In this document: positions 36,036 to 47,990 of the stretch, piece by piece
Numbering within the stretch: the stretch's first letter is position 1
Layout of the letters: each line of letters starts with the position of its first letter
Assembly (NCBI GenBank): GCA_030390025.1
Contig: CM059432.1
Coordinates: 42,286,001 to 42,350,000, forward strand
Length of the DNA stretch: 64,000 bases
Source: Squalus acanthias
Taxonomy: Eukaryota
Direction of reading: 5' to 3'
The notes under the pieces: generated by a model
Databases searched by the model: none
What the model was told of the DNA's origin: nothing
Seen by the model: only the letters and a program-made list of their open reading frames with translations
Made by a program: the position numbers and the translations under genes

Positions 36036-37754
36036 TGTAAAGTTTCGCAATTATCGCGATTCGAAATAACACAAGAGAAGCAGATTCGTTTGATCAGTTT
36101 TATTAAACGAAATGCTGTCATGATTATAAAGGACACAGAAGCCTGTAAAATGGCCACCGCGCATCGTGGCAGAAGCTTCCAGAATTACAGTGGGCAGACA
36201 AGATGGCGTTCGAATAAACATTTCAATATAAGACGGGATCATACTCGATAAACACTGATAAGGACAGGATGCAACCTGTTTGCATTTGTGACAATAGCAA
36301 AAGATATAAGTGCTGGAATCGTTTTCCATGCACAAGTAAGGACCATTGTACTGGGCAATCGAAGGCCCATCCAGACACATCAATACACAAATACCCCCAC
36401 GGCTCTACAATGAGAGAGACATTGATGGGTGATTAAACAAGTATTCGGGGGCCCCCAAAACCAGTCAGGGAGACGATTCATACGATCCTGGCTGGGTCAA
36501 CAATGGGGAAAACATTAACGGGTAGTTGGCCAGTTTCAGGTGCTACCGAAACCCGTTAAAGACAAGAGTCGCCCCATGCTGGGAGTTTTGAGCGCCAATA
36601 TTTCACAAAGGACAAACATTAAGATTTGGACGGGAGATAAGGGAACACAGCACTATAACTATAGTGAACAAATGTCCATCGGCCTCTTATTTCCCTTGAT
36701 TCGACTCTTATTCTCCTGACTCGCTCGATCGCGGGCTGAAGCTCTTCTCTAGGGCTGGACTCTGTTGACTCTGGACTTTTAGCCGTACTGGACGGTTATT
36801 CGAATGTTGGGTGGAGCTCAATCGGAACGAGCCGCCTCGACAAGGGCAAGTGACCGGGTGCACCATCCCGAGAGTCGGTAAACGGTGTCTGGACCCGAAG
36901 GTCCAACAAGACAAGACGAAATGACAAGAAAAGAAGAAGAATCCACGTGCCGCCGCGGTCAGTAAACCCCGACCGCGCCCGAAAATATAGGACCCATTTC
37001 TTGAATTCTACGGGTTATTGCACGAACCGGTTTTTGGGTCCATCGAATTCCTCATAACAACAAGAAAGACTCTTCTTTGAATTCTACCGACAACTGGTGT
37101 CGGTACAGGAAGACTTTTCTTTGAGTTCTACAGCCGGGCCCGAGTTCTGTCGAGTTCTTCATGACAACGGGGAGCCCGGCCTGCTTGCCGCAGCAGCGAA
37201 GATAAACAAGTGGGGTACAGAGACCCCTCCAAACACGTGACAGTCAGGCGCTGCAGCGAACGAGCCGAGTGCCTCACTTTAAAATTCTCCAAAGTATCAC
37301 GAGTGGTGAGCATGTTTCCCGATCCTACAAATCTAGACGTAGTGTAGGTATTGATAGGGGAGGGTGGTTTTAATTAAGGATAAAGTATAATGTGTTCCCC
37401 TTTTTACGATGTGCCGTGCGTTCTTCATTACCCTAGACCAAGCTTTATGAATGTATGTATACTTGTACTCTCGTTAATTTGCACCTATGACATGTACTTC
37501 ATGATTTTGGACGCTATGCAATAAAGATTTCCATTTCGTACTATTCAACCGGGTCTATTTGAGTTTTTCTCTACATTACTGCTCTCACACCTAAGTCCAG
37601 TGTTAGAACCGTAAGGGCGAGTGGGTCGAACCACTCACAGGTGCTTATTGCAACAAGGCTGGCCGGAGACCAGAGCAAGCAATAGTATTAGGCAACGAAG
37701 GCCTAACCTCGCACCAGCACCGTCTGTGATACAAGCACGACAAAACCCCTTACA
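36036..37754 (+). mobile_element. Solo LTR (1719 bp) of an ERV or LTR retrotransposon
   Basis: Termini TGTAA...TTACA and 4-bp TSD ACTA at 36032-36035 and 37755-37758. CCAAT at 36595, TATAA at 36654, AATAAA at 37520. CpG-rich, with no adjacent internal coding region. Confidence 0.88.
36595..36666 (+). promoter_or_regulatory. Putative LTR U3 core promoter (CCAAT and TATA)
   Basis: CCAAT at 36595-36599. TATAA at 36654-36658 sits within the palindrome CACTATA-AC-TATAGTG. A YY1-like AAGATGGCG lies at 36200-36208. Confidence 0.5.
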
Positions 37755-39004
37755 ACTAGTTTTATGCATCCTATGTAAAATGAGTTGGGGAAGTTTCAAC
37801 TCATTAATTGTCACTGACTTGGCAATTTCACCCAGAGATAATGCAAGAATGCCTAGTGGGAGAGGTGGTAAAGACTAAAGTACATTGTTGGGCACAGAGT
37901 ACAGTGGGGGTAATTTTCACTTTTCACCACCATCCTGGGCCCAGCACTTACCTGGTCCTCTAGCCTCCTTGTCCGAGTTCCCCGCACCGTGCGGGTGGGA
38001 CCTGGGAAAATCCAGCCGTTATGTGTACATAGATATTAAAACAAATGTATGGAAAACTCCATGCCCAAATTCCCAACATGAGCTTCTGTTGTGCAAATCC
38101 AGTCGTGTTAATTCACAAAATCTACGCTGGTTTAGGCAAATCAGTGCTGTTGGGTAACTGTTATTGCAGTATAAATGGCAATTAAGTGTTCATTCACTTT
38201 GCAACTTATATATTTTGTTCTGGACTTGCATGTTGGATCTAGGGTAACACAGTTGGTCTCTTTTAAGAAAATATGGGTGTTTTCTAATAGGAACTTTGCA
38301 AATTAGTACTTCCTCCTGCTAGGTTGGTCAGCGTTATGGGTGTTAGTTTAAATGTAATTCCGACTGCTTTTCCTAGATTATGCTTCTGCAAATACTGTGC
38401 AAATATTGTCCAAATTCAACTTAGGCTAAATACTATCAGTGGTTAATGCAGGAATTTATCATAGAGCTGAATAGCTTTCCCACTGTACATCAAAATCACT
38501 AGGAGCTTAAGTGACTCTTAATTGTTTCATTACTAAGCACTCTGTTGGTCATTAGTGGTGAAAGTATACCACATGCAAATTTATTGCACCGAAAGTGCAT
38601 TTCTTCAACCATTAAATCTGCTAACACTCTTAACATCATTAAAAAATCTGATTTAATTGATTGTGGACTCATAAGGAAGGGAGAAATTTGATCTTAACTA
38701 ACCTTGAACTGAAATTATGGACTAAAAATATTGATTTGTAAAATCTTGTTAAAATATTGATCCTTCAATTCTTGTCACATTGGGGAATTTTGGGCAAGGT
38801 TCAAAAAACATTTCTATAAAGATACAACTAGAGCATCAAAATTTCTGAAACTATGGGTGGAATTGTTACCTTTCAACACCAGGAAATATGGTTTTTTTTG
38901 CCTTCTAATTTATTCACAAAGCCTTTTACACTCCAGTCTAATGCAAATTGCTTCAGTGATACTTAGCTGGCCAATCATTACCTTCAAGTGACAATTCTAT
39001 GGGT

Positions 39005-39421
39005 GTCCCCTGTGGCTCAGTGATAGCGCTCTTGCCTTTGAGTTAGAAGGTTATGCAGTTCAAGCTGCCCTCCAGAAACTTGAGCAGTTGGAATATGCTG
39101 CCTTTTGGATGAGGAGTTAAAATGAGTCCCTGTCCGTCCTCTCAGGTGGACGTAAACGATCCTGTGACACTATTTGAAGGGCAGGGGAGTTCTCACATTA
39201 TCCTGCCCAATATATATCCATCAACTAACATCACTAAAAAACAGATTATCTTATCATATATTTTATTGCTGTTTGTGGGACCTTGCTGTGTGCAAATTGA
39301 CTGCTGCATTTCCCTACATTACAACAGTTAGTACACTTTAAAAGTGCTTCATTTGCTGTGAAGTGCTTTGGGGCATCCTGAGGTCATGAAAGGCACTTTG
39401 TAAATGCAAGTTCTTTCTTTC
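39005..39421 (+). mobile_element. Deu-domain SINE (SacSINE1-like)
   Basis: A-box TGGCTCAGTG, central CTCAGGTGGACGTAAACGATCC and tail AAATGCAAGTTCTTTCTTTC. Confidence 0.8.
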
Positions 39422-39949
39422 TTATACTATGTTATGGGTAATGATATGAATTCACACTCCTGGAGCAGAACGTCAGCTGCCAGGACATATCAAAAATTTG
39501 GCTAGACCTCCGATCCTTTCATTCTAGTTCTTGAACTCATATTAATGAGTTGTAGATTCATTTTAATTTCCATTTTTTGAAGGCATGTTACTTTCTCAAA
39601 TTCTTTTGCTTCAGCTACAATGAGCTAACCTGCCTCCTATGGTGAAGCAACCAATCTGCTCACATGCCTCTGCCAACAGTACTTTGAGACGGTCACTGGG
39701 AATTGTGCAAGGAGAGCTTGTGATGACTCTTTCTCCAATGTTTCTTCCTCTCTGTGGAGATGTGCTTTTCCTTCAATTAGTGCCCCTCCATCAGAACTCA
39801 AATTAAGTATTCGGTATCTTTATCCTTACTATGATTTGGGCTTTCTACTGATACATTTATGCTTGTATTTTCACAGGCTGTAAAGTGCTTTGGGATGTTT
39901 TGAAGATGTGAAGGGCACTATATAAATAGAAATACTTTATTTTCCAATA

Positions 39950-40200
39950 TTTATCCAATTCCCCTTTAATGATGTTATAGTCTCTGTCTTAATAACTACT
40001 CATGGTAAAGCATTCCACCTTCTAGTAATCCACTGTATGAAAAGAAATTCTTCTGACTTCCCACTTGATTCTTCTAGTGATACTTCTGAGTCTATGTCCC
40101 TTTCTGATCAGTTTGCCAACCAGTAGAAATAATCTGTCAATATTTACCCTCCAATAATTTTTAAAACTTCTATTAGATCACCCCTGAACATTTTCTGTTC
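39950..40200 (-). mobile_element. Old CR1 3' remnant
   Basis: Degenerate reverse complement of the RGDLIEVFKI...FFIQ...WNALP region. Confidence 0.55.
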
Positions 40201-40364
40201 TAATGTTCTAATCCAATAATCAGATTGTTAATAAATAATTCCTCCAAAGCAATTTACAGTCAAGAGTAGTTTTGCTAAACAATTTGGTTAACTTTATATC
40301 TACAATAAGGGATTGGCTGTGTTGGGGGGAGGTTGGGGGAGGGGGGAGCACAGCCATTTAATGG

Positions 40365-41747
40365 TGGTAGAGAGAAAACGGGGAATTATAGACCAGTAAG
40401 CCTGACATCGGTAGTGGGGAAAATGCTAGAGTCCATTATAAAAGATGTAATAGCAGAGCACTTGGAAAACAGTGACAGGATCGGACAAAGTCAACATGGA
40501 TTTACAAAAGGCAAATCGTGCTTGACTAATCTCCTGGAATTTTTTGAGGATGTAACTGGTAAAATGGATAAGGGAGAACCAGTGGATGTGGTGTATTTGG
40601 ACTTTCAGAAGGCTTTCGATAAGGTCCCGCATAAGAGATTAGCGTGTAAAGTTAAGGCACATGGGATTGGGGGCAAGGTATTGACTTGGATAGAGAACTG
40701 GTTGGCAGACAGAAAGCAAAGAGTTGGAATAAATGGGTCTTTTTCCGAGTGGCAGGCAGTGACTAGTGGGATACCGCAGGGATCGGTCCTAGGACCCCAG
40801 CTATTCACAATATATATTAATGATCTGGACGATGGAATTGGATGTAATATCTCCAAGTTTGCAGACGACACAAAGCTGGGTGGGAGTGTGTGCCGTGAGG
40901 AGGATGCCGAGAAACTCCAGTATGATTTGGACAGGTTGGGAGATTGGGCAGAAGCATGGCAGATGCAATATAATGTGGATAAATGCGAGGTTATCCACTT
41001 TGGTGTCAAAAACAGGAAGGCAGATTATTATCTGAATGGCAATAGATTGGGAGAAGGGGAAGTGCAACGAGACCTGGGTGTCCTTGTGCACCAGTCGCTG
41101 AAGGTAAGCATGCAGGTGCTGCAGACAGTTAAGAAGGCAAATGGATGTCTTGCTGCAGTTGTACAGGGCCTTGGTGAGACCACATCTTGAGTATTGTGTG
41201 CAGTTTTGGTCGCCTTATCTGAGGAAGGATGTTCTTGCCATGGAGGGAGTGCAGCGAAGATTCACCAGGCTGATACCCGGGATGGCAGGAATGGCGTATG
41301 AGGAGAGATTGGGTCGATTGGGCTTATACTCACTGGAGTTTAGAAGAATGAGAGGGGATCTCATTGAAACTTATAAAATTCTAACAGGACTAGACAGACT
41401 AGATGCGGGAAGGATGTTCCCGATGGCTGGGGAGTCCAGAACCAGGGGTCACAGTCTAAGGATAAGGGGTAAGCCATTTAGGACTGAGATGAGGAGGAAT
41501 TTCTTCACCCAGAGAGTGGTGAACCTGTGGAATTCTCTACCACAGAAGGCAGTTGAGGCCAATTCATTAAATATATTCAAGAAGGAGTTAGATATATTTC
41601 TTAAGGCTAAAGGGATCAAGGGATATGGAGAGAAGGCAGGGACAGGGTACTGAATTTGGATGATCAGCCATGATCTCATTGAATGGCGGAGCAGGCTCGA
41701 GGGGCTGAATGGCCTTCTCCTGCTCCTATCTTCTATGTTTCTATGTT
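40365..41747 (+). mobile_element. 5'-truncated CR1 LINE (RT and 3' UTR)
   Basis: ORFs 40333-41190 and 41141-41653 give NYRPVSLTSVVGK, FADDTKLGG and LEFRRMRGDL. There is a small deletion near 41145 and a TTCTATGT tail. Confidence 0.95.
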
Positions 41748-41910
41748 ACTAGAGAATGATATTACTACAGGTATATGCATGAGTCCTACCTGTAATCCTC
41801 CATACATGTCTAGAAGAGACGATGATGCGGAGATGCCGGTGTTGGACTGGGGTGGACAAAATTGAGAGGTCGCACAACACCAGGTTATAGTCCAACAGTT
41901 TTATTTGAAA

Positions 41911-41952
41911 TCACAAGCTTTCGGAGCTATCGATTGCCCCTTCCTCAGGTGA
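41911..41952 (-). ncRNA. Minimal type I hammerhead ribozyme in a Penelope pseudo-LTR
   Basis: Minus strand reads UCAC-CUGAGGA-A-GGGGC-AAUCGAUA-GCUCC-GAAA-GC-UU-GUGA. Confidence 0.82.
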
Positions 41953-42282
41953 AGTAAATTAGATACAGAATCGCCAAAGCATATATAGATAGAGAACAAA
42001 GCATGTGTACCTTACAATTGCAGACCACTAAATTAAATCATCCTGACTATCTGCCGAGGTGTGATAAAGTTAATCAAGTCAGCCAGGAAGGTACCACATC
42101 AAAGACATAGCAAGATACAACTGAGACAATGAGGTGTAGTCGCAGGGGTTCTAACGTGTCAAAAGCTGCCGTCTGTATGTAAAACGAAAAGCTTTAAAAT
42201 TTTTACTTTTTTACTGGGAAAATTTTTACTTTTTTACTGGGAATCACATCTGTGAACAAGCCAACGACGACTCGAGTCCGGA

Positions 42283-45200
42283 TCACGTCATGTATCGTGA
42301 CATAAACCCAAGATCCCGGTTGAGACCGTCTTCATGAGTGCGGAACTTGGCTATCAGTTTCTGCTCGATGATTTTGCGTTGTCGTGTGTTTCTAAGGTTG
42401 CCTTGGAGAACGCTTACCCGCAGATCCGAGGCTGAATGTCCTTGACTGCTGAAGTGTTCCCCGACTGGGAGGTAACAATCCTGCCTGGCGATTGTTGCGC
42501 GGTGCTCATTCATACGTTGTCTCAGTGTCTGCATGGTCTCGCCGATGTACCATGCCGCGGTGCATTCTTTCCTGCAACGTATGAGGTAGACAACGTTGGC
42601 CGAGTCACATGAGTATGTACCATGTACCTGGTGGTTAGTGTCCTCACGTGTGATGGTGGTATCTGTGTTGATGATCTGGCATGTCTTGCAGAGTTTGCTG
42701 TGGCAGGGTTGTGTGGTGTCGTGGTCGCTGTTATCCTGAAAGCTGGGTAATTTGCTGCGAACGATGGTACTTCTGAGGTTAGGCGGCTGTTTGAAGGCAA
42801 GTAGTGGAGGCGTGGGGATGGCCTTAGCGAGGTGTTTGTCGTCATCGATGACATGTTGAAGGCTGCGAAGAACATGGCGTAGTTTCTCCGCTCCGGGGAA
42901 GTACTGGACGACGTAGGGTACCCTGTTGGTTGTGTCCCGTGTTTGCCTTCTGAGGAGGTCTATGCGATTTTTCACTGTGGCCCGTCGGAACTGTCGATCG
43001 ATGAGTCGAGCGTCATATCCCGTTCTTACGAGGGCGTTTTTCAGCGTCCGTAGGTGTCCATCGCGTTCCTCCTCGTCTGAGCAGATCCTGTGTATTCGCA
43101 GGGCTTGTCCATAGGGGATGGCTTCTTTAACATGGTTAGGGTGGAAGCTGGAGAAGTGGAGCATCGTGAGGTTGTCCGTGGGCTTGCGGTAGAGTGAAGT
43201 GCTGAGGTGTCCGTCTTTGATGGAGATTCGTGTGTCCAGGAATGAAACCGATTCTGAGGAGTAGTCCATGGTGAGTTTGATGGTGGGATGGAACTTGTTT
43301 ATGTTATCGTGTAGTCTTTTCAGTGATCCTTCGCCATGGGTCCAAAGGAAGAAAATGTCGTCGATGTATCTGGTGTACAGCGTTGGCTGGAGGTCCTGTG
43401 CAGCGAAGAAGTCTTGCTCGAACTTGTGCATGAAGATGTTGGCGTATTGGGGTGCGAATTTGGTCCCCATGGCTGTTCCGTGTGTTTGGGTAAAAAAATG
43501 GTTGTCGAAGGTGAAGACATTGTGGTCAAGGATGAAGCGGATGAGTTGTAGGATGGCGTCTGGAGATTGGCTGTTGTTGGTGTTGAGTACTGAGGCTGTT
43601 GCAGCGATGCCGTCATCGTGGGGGATACTGGTGTAGAGTGCCGATACGTCCATCGTGGCAAGGAGTGTTCCTGGTTCAACTGGTCCGTGGGTGCTGAGTT
43701 TCTGTAAGAAACATAGAAACATAGAAACATAGAATCTAGGAGCAGGGATAGGCCATTCGGCCCATCGAGCCTGCAACACCATTCAATACGATCATGGCTG
43801 ATCATTCAAATCCAGTACCCTGTCCCTGCTTTAATCCCCACAGTACACATATCCCACCCGACCCCCGTAACCCCACGTATTTAATTCCCCCTAACATATC
43901 CCATCCTATCCCCATAACCCCACATATTTAATCCCCCCCTAACACTAAGGGTCAATTTATCATAGCCAAATCAACCTAACCCGCACATTTTTGGACAGTG
44001 GGAGGAAACCGGAGCACCCGGAGGAAACCCACGCAGACACGGGGAGAATGTGCAAACTCCACACAGACAGTCACCCGAGGTCAGATTCGAACCCGGGTCT
44101 CTGGCGCTGTGAGGCACCAGTGCTAACCACTATGCCACCGTGTTGCCCGTAGTGTCTGTAGTGTCGCGACAGAAGCTGGGGGTTCCCTGTACGATGGGTT
44201 TCAGAATGCCCTCGACGTATCCAGAGAGGTTCTCACACAGGGTTCCATTGCCTGATACGATAGGACGTCCGGGTGTGTTGGCTTTGTGTATCTTTGGGAG
44301 GCAGTAGAAGTCTCCCACGCGGGGAGTACGTGGGATGAGAGCGCGTAGGATGTTTTGAAGGTCTGGGTCGAAGGTCTTGATCAGTCTATTGAGTTGGCGG
44401 GTGTGTTCTTTGGTCGGATCTGCGGGTAGCTGTCTGTAGTGTTCCTGGTTGTCCAGTTGTCGGTATGCTTCTTTACAATAGTCCGTTCTGTTCTGTATGA
44501 CGATGGCTCCTCCTTTGTCCGCTGGTTTGATGACAATGTTGCGGTTGGTCTTGAGAGCGTGGATGGCGTTGCGTTGTGCTCGGGTGACATTCTGGACTGT
44601 CTTGTGAGTGCGGCTGATGAATCTGGCGTTGATGCATCTCCTGACAGCTTGAGCATACATGTCAAGCTTGGGGCAGCGACCCTCCGGAGGGGTCCAGTTT
44701 GACTCTTTTTTCTTCGGTTGCTGCACTGCGAGTCCCTCTGTCTGCTGTTCTGGATCATTGATTGTCTCATTGGGTTTGTTGCTGACATCTTGGGATTTGT
44801 GGAAGTATTCCCGGAGCCTCATTCTCCTGATGAATTCCTCCGTGTCTGCCGCGAGACCGATGGGGTCCATTTTGGTGGTTGGGCAGAACTTGAGCCCTAG
44901 GGCGAGAACTTCGATTTCGTCTGGTTGAAGGGTATGGTCGGACAAGTTGACGATGGACTTCCCTGTGGTTGCAGCCGTGGTACCGGGGGAGGCTTGGTTG
45001 CTGCTGGTGGTGATGCCGAGTTTCTCAAGCTTCCTGTTCTTGATGCGCATGTAGGCAGCGTAGTTCCGTTGCCTCGTCTGTTTGGTGGTGTCTCGTAACT
45101 GGTCTGCTGTGTCCTGAGCACAGGCTGAGAGCATGGACTCTATCTTGGTTTCGAGGTTGTGGCGTTTGCTGTAGAGCTGGTGTACGAGATGGTTGAGGAG

Positions 45201-45332
45201 TGTGCGAGAGGTACGACGGCAGAGTCTCTCAGCGTAGTCTGTGTTGTATGTCGACTTGAGTGGGTTCGTGATCTGTAGTCCTTTCGGGATCTTGTCTGCT
45301 TTCTTGCATCTCTGTAGATACTTGATGTCGGT
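42283..45332 (-). pseudogene. Penelope RT and GIY-YIG endonuclease ORF split by a SINE
   Basis: 45332-44154 (393 codons) joins in frame to 43710-42283 (475 codons plus stop) as FCRDTTD|FLQKLSTHG. No internal stops were seen. Confidence 0.9.
43711..44148 (-). mobile_element. Full-length V-SINE (HE1-like) with a CR1-derived tail
   Basis: tRNA head (TGGCATAGTGG and GGTTCGAATC), V-domain TGTGTGGAGTTTGCACATTCTCCCCGTGTCTGCGTGGGTTTCCTCCGG, and a 3' end matching the CR1 3' UTR with (TTTCTATG)n. Confidence 0.9.
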
Positions 45333-45342
45333 TAAATTTTTT

Positions 45343-46050
45343 GATTAGTGGATGGTATCCTAGAGTTTATAGCAACCCAAAGGTTGTAAATTCATAATCC
45401 TGCCATGCAAGCTGTGAAATTGAATTCAATAAATCTGCTAATTTGTGGGCTATCTCCAGAAAATGATGAGGAAAGCTGCTGGATTGTTGTAAAAAAAAAC
45501 AACAGGTCTACTACTAATGTCCTTCAGGGAAGCAAACCTATCACCCTACCTAGTCTGGCCTATATCATAGAATCATAGAATGATACAGCACAGAAGGAGA
45601 CAATTCGGCCGAGCAGGCCTGTGCCGGCTCTTTGGAAGATCTATCCGATTAGTCCCACTCCCTTGCTCTATCCCCATAGCCCTGCAAATTTTCTCTCTTC
45701 AAGTATTTATTCAATTTCCTTTTGAAAATTATTATTGAATCTGCTTCCACCACCCTTTCAGGCAGTGCAGTCCAGATCATAACAACTCGCTGTGTTAAAA
45801 AAATTCTCACTTCTCCTCTAGTTCTTTTGCCAATGACCTTAAATCTGTGTCCTCTGGTGACTGACCCTTCTGCCACTGGAAACAGTTTCTCCTTATTTGC
45901 TGTATTAAAACCCTGCGTGATTTTGAACACCTCTATCAAATCTCCCCTTAATCTTCTCTCCTCTAAGGAGAACAACCCCATGAGGTTGACTCTTAATTGC
46001 CCGCAAGGCAACCAGGAATGGGCAATAAATACTGCCTTGCCAGTGTTGCC
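45343..46050 (+). mobile_element. SINE made of the head and tail of the 10023-14846 LINE, split by a CR1 fragment
   Basis: Shares GGATTGTTGTAAAAA, ACTAATGTCCTT, TCTGGCCTATAT and GGTTGACTCTTAA with 10190-10320, then joins directly to the GGGCAATAAAT...CCTTGCCAG tail. Confidence 0.8.
45566..45980 (-). mobile_element. CR1 3' fragment with a (ATTCTATG)n tail
   Basis: Translates as GLFSLEERRLRGDLIEVFKI...TRGHRFKVIGKR...VVMIWTALPERVV. Confidence 0.9.
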
Positions 46051-46189
46051 CACATCTCAAGAACAAATTTAATAAAATGATAAGCTAACAATGTTGGGAC
46101 ATTTTTTATGAGGAAATCTTTTATGTATTTTCTTTTATTCTCACTAATTTTCTCCAGTGATGGCAGTCTATTTGATGATGGGACCATCA

Positions 46190-46434
46190 CATCTAAGCCT
46201 GACCCTGCCCTAACCCACTGTCAACAAATGTGCACTTCTGTCAGGGGTCATTGGATCAGTAACAGGACCTCACTGATTTTCTGCTCCCTAATTGAATGGC
46301 ACTGAGGCCAACTGTGGCACCCCCTAGTGCCACCATGACTGAAATAAACTAACTCAACACAGACCAGGAACTGAACATGGATTCTTCCTGGTCTTTTTAG
46401 CTCAGCCAACTTACTGGATATACCCACTGAACCA
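46190..46434 (-). mobile_element. Degenerate tRNA-derived SINE
   Basis: Minus strand has an A-box-like TGGTTCAGTGG. Related to 9085-9230. Confidence 0.55.
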
Positions 46435-47059
46435 GGAGTAGAGCTTACTTCCTTTTGCATTTCGATGGCCTCCTACACTTCTCTAACAGCAAGACCACAT
46501 AGCCTGAAGTCATTCTTCAGCAGTGTGCTTTGTGTTGATATTGTTCTTCATGAATGATTTCTTTTACATTAAGATGAGTACTCAGTTATTATTGCTTAAG
46601 GCATTTAGTCCAAATAGGGAAAAATAACACTTTTCCTTTGATGCATCCTTTTGCTAATAGCTCTTAAAACAAAGCTTTAGCGTCAAGGCACAGCAAAGGG
46701 GATAACAGAGACCAATGAATCTGTGCTGAAAATCTTGCAGGAAAATAAATTTGTACTGGAACAAGTTCAATTTGTGTTGCAGCAAGGTAAATTTCATGTC
46801 AATGTTGGATGATCTGCAACCACTATGATACTAATGGATCATTTAGCTTAGCCGTCATTCCGATGACACATGGGGGCTAATATCTCCAGAGATTCTCCCA
46901 CTCCTCTACCAGGACTTGTGACGGACAAGCGGGAGAAGCTCTGTGGATATTCGCCGTCATGACCTTTAACCTTCTGAGAACATGCTTGCATTTTGCTGTG
47001 AAGCCATCCCCTTTCATGAAAACAGATTATTTCAAGATGTTACAAATTAAACCAATGTG

Positions 47060-47411
47060 CTTCACAGCCAAGGAGGTACTTTTGAAGTAAGAAAGAACAG
47101 AAAGATGTGCAGTCACTATTGTAATGTAGGGACAGCAAAGTCCCACAAACTGCAATGCAATAAATGACCAGGTAATCTGCTTGTAGCGGTGTTGGTGGTT
47201 GGATAAATGTTTGTCAGGAAACTGGGAGAACTCCCCTGCTCTTCTTCGAATTGTGCCATGGGATCTTTTACGTCCAACTGGACAGGCAGAATGGGCCTTG
47301 GTTTAACTTCTCATGAACAAAGGACGGCAGCTTCAACAAAGAAGTGCCCAGATTATGTGCTCGAGTCTCTGGAGTGGGCATGATCTTCCGACTCAGATGG
47401 GAGAGTGCTAC
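47060..47411 (-). mobile_element. Deu-domain SINE (degenerate)
   Basis: Homologous to about 21330-21721 (AACTCCCCTGCTCTTCTTC, GGATCTTTTACGTCC). Confidence 0.75.
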
Positions 47412-47990
47412 CCCTAATATTCCTTTATGATACAAATTGGTCGCTGAATTTACCTGAAATGAATTGACAGCTGTTTTGATACAATGGTGACTGTGATTTT
47501 GCTGAAATTATTGGCTCCAAAATTTATGAAGTGTGATTTTGGGCTATCAATTTTTCTGCTATCAGGTTCTCATCACCACCTCTTGCACAATAAACAGGGA
47601 ACTGTGCGGGTCCATGTTCTCTGGGCTTCTCCCGCTCTGCCTTGTAACTTAGGCAGAAGTTCGGCCGAAGCCCTCTTTATGCGTGGCACTTTCTGTAACA
47701 TTTTCCTGCCACATTACTTCGGTCACACGTTTTTTCTCATGCTTGTCTGTTATGTTTTTTGTCATGATTAAACTGAACTATTCATTTTACTTATCTCTGA
47801 TCGAGGTTTCTGCAATAAAAATGCAAGCTGACTTTAATTACAATAAATCATTGGGCCTGATAATACATTGTCCATCCCATTGCATAAAACAGCATATCGG
47901 TTGGCTGGTCACAAAATTCAGCTCCATAGCGCTCGTTCTTTGGGCACTACGGGTGCCATTTTGGTTCCAAAATGCGTACGCACACTTCTG

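Larger units (their letters stand above)
41822..45332 (-). mobile_element. Penelope-like element (Neptune-type), 5'-truncated, interrupted by a V-SINE
   Basis: RT motifs KPADKG, LPKIHK, GRPIVS, MDVSALYTSIP, GTAMG and RYIDD; a Cys-rich linker CHSKLCKTC; GIY-YIG motif VVYLIRC...YIGET; and a pseudo-LTR with a hammerhead. Confidence 0.95.

Noticed and set aside
36997..37160. GAATTCTAC repeats with different intervening sequences, superficially like a CRISPR (Cas12a-type) array
   Set aside because: The repeats are short and irregularly spaced, lie inside a vertebrate LTR, and have no cas genes nearby.
44050..44148. tRNA gene
   Set aside because: The A and B boxes belong to a V-SINE head that is contiguous with the V-domain and the CR1 tail.
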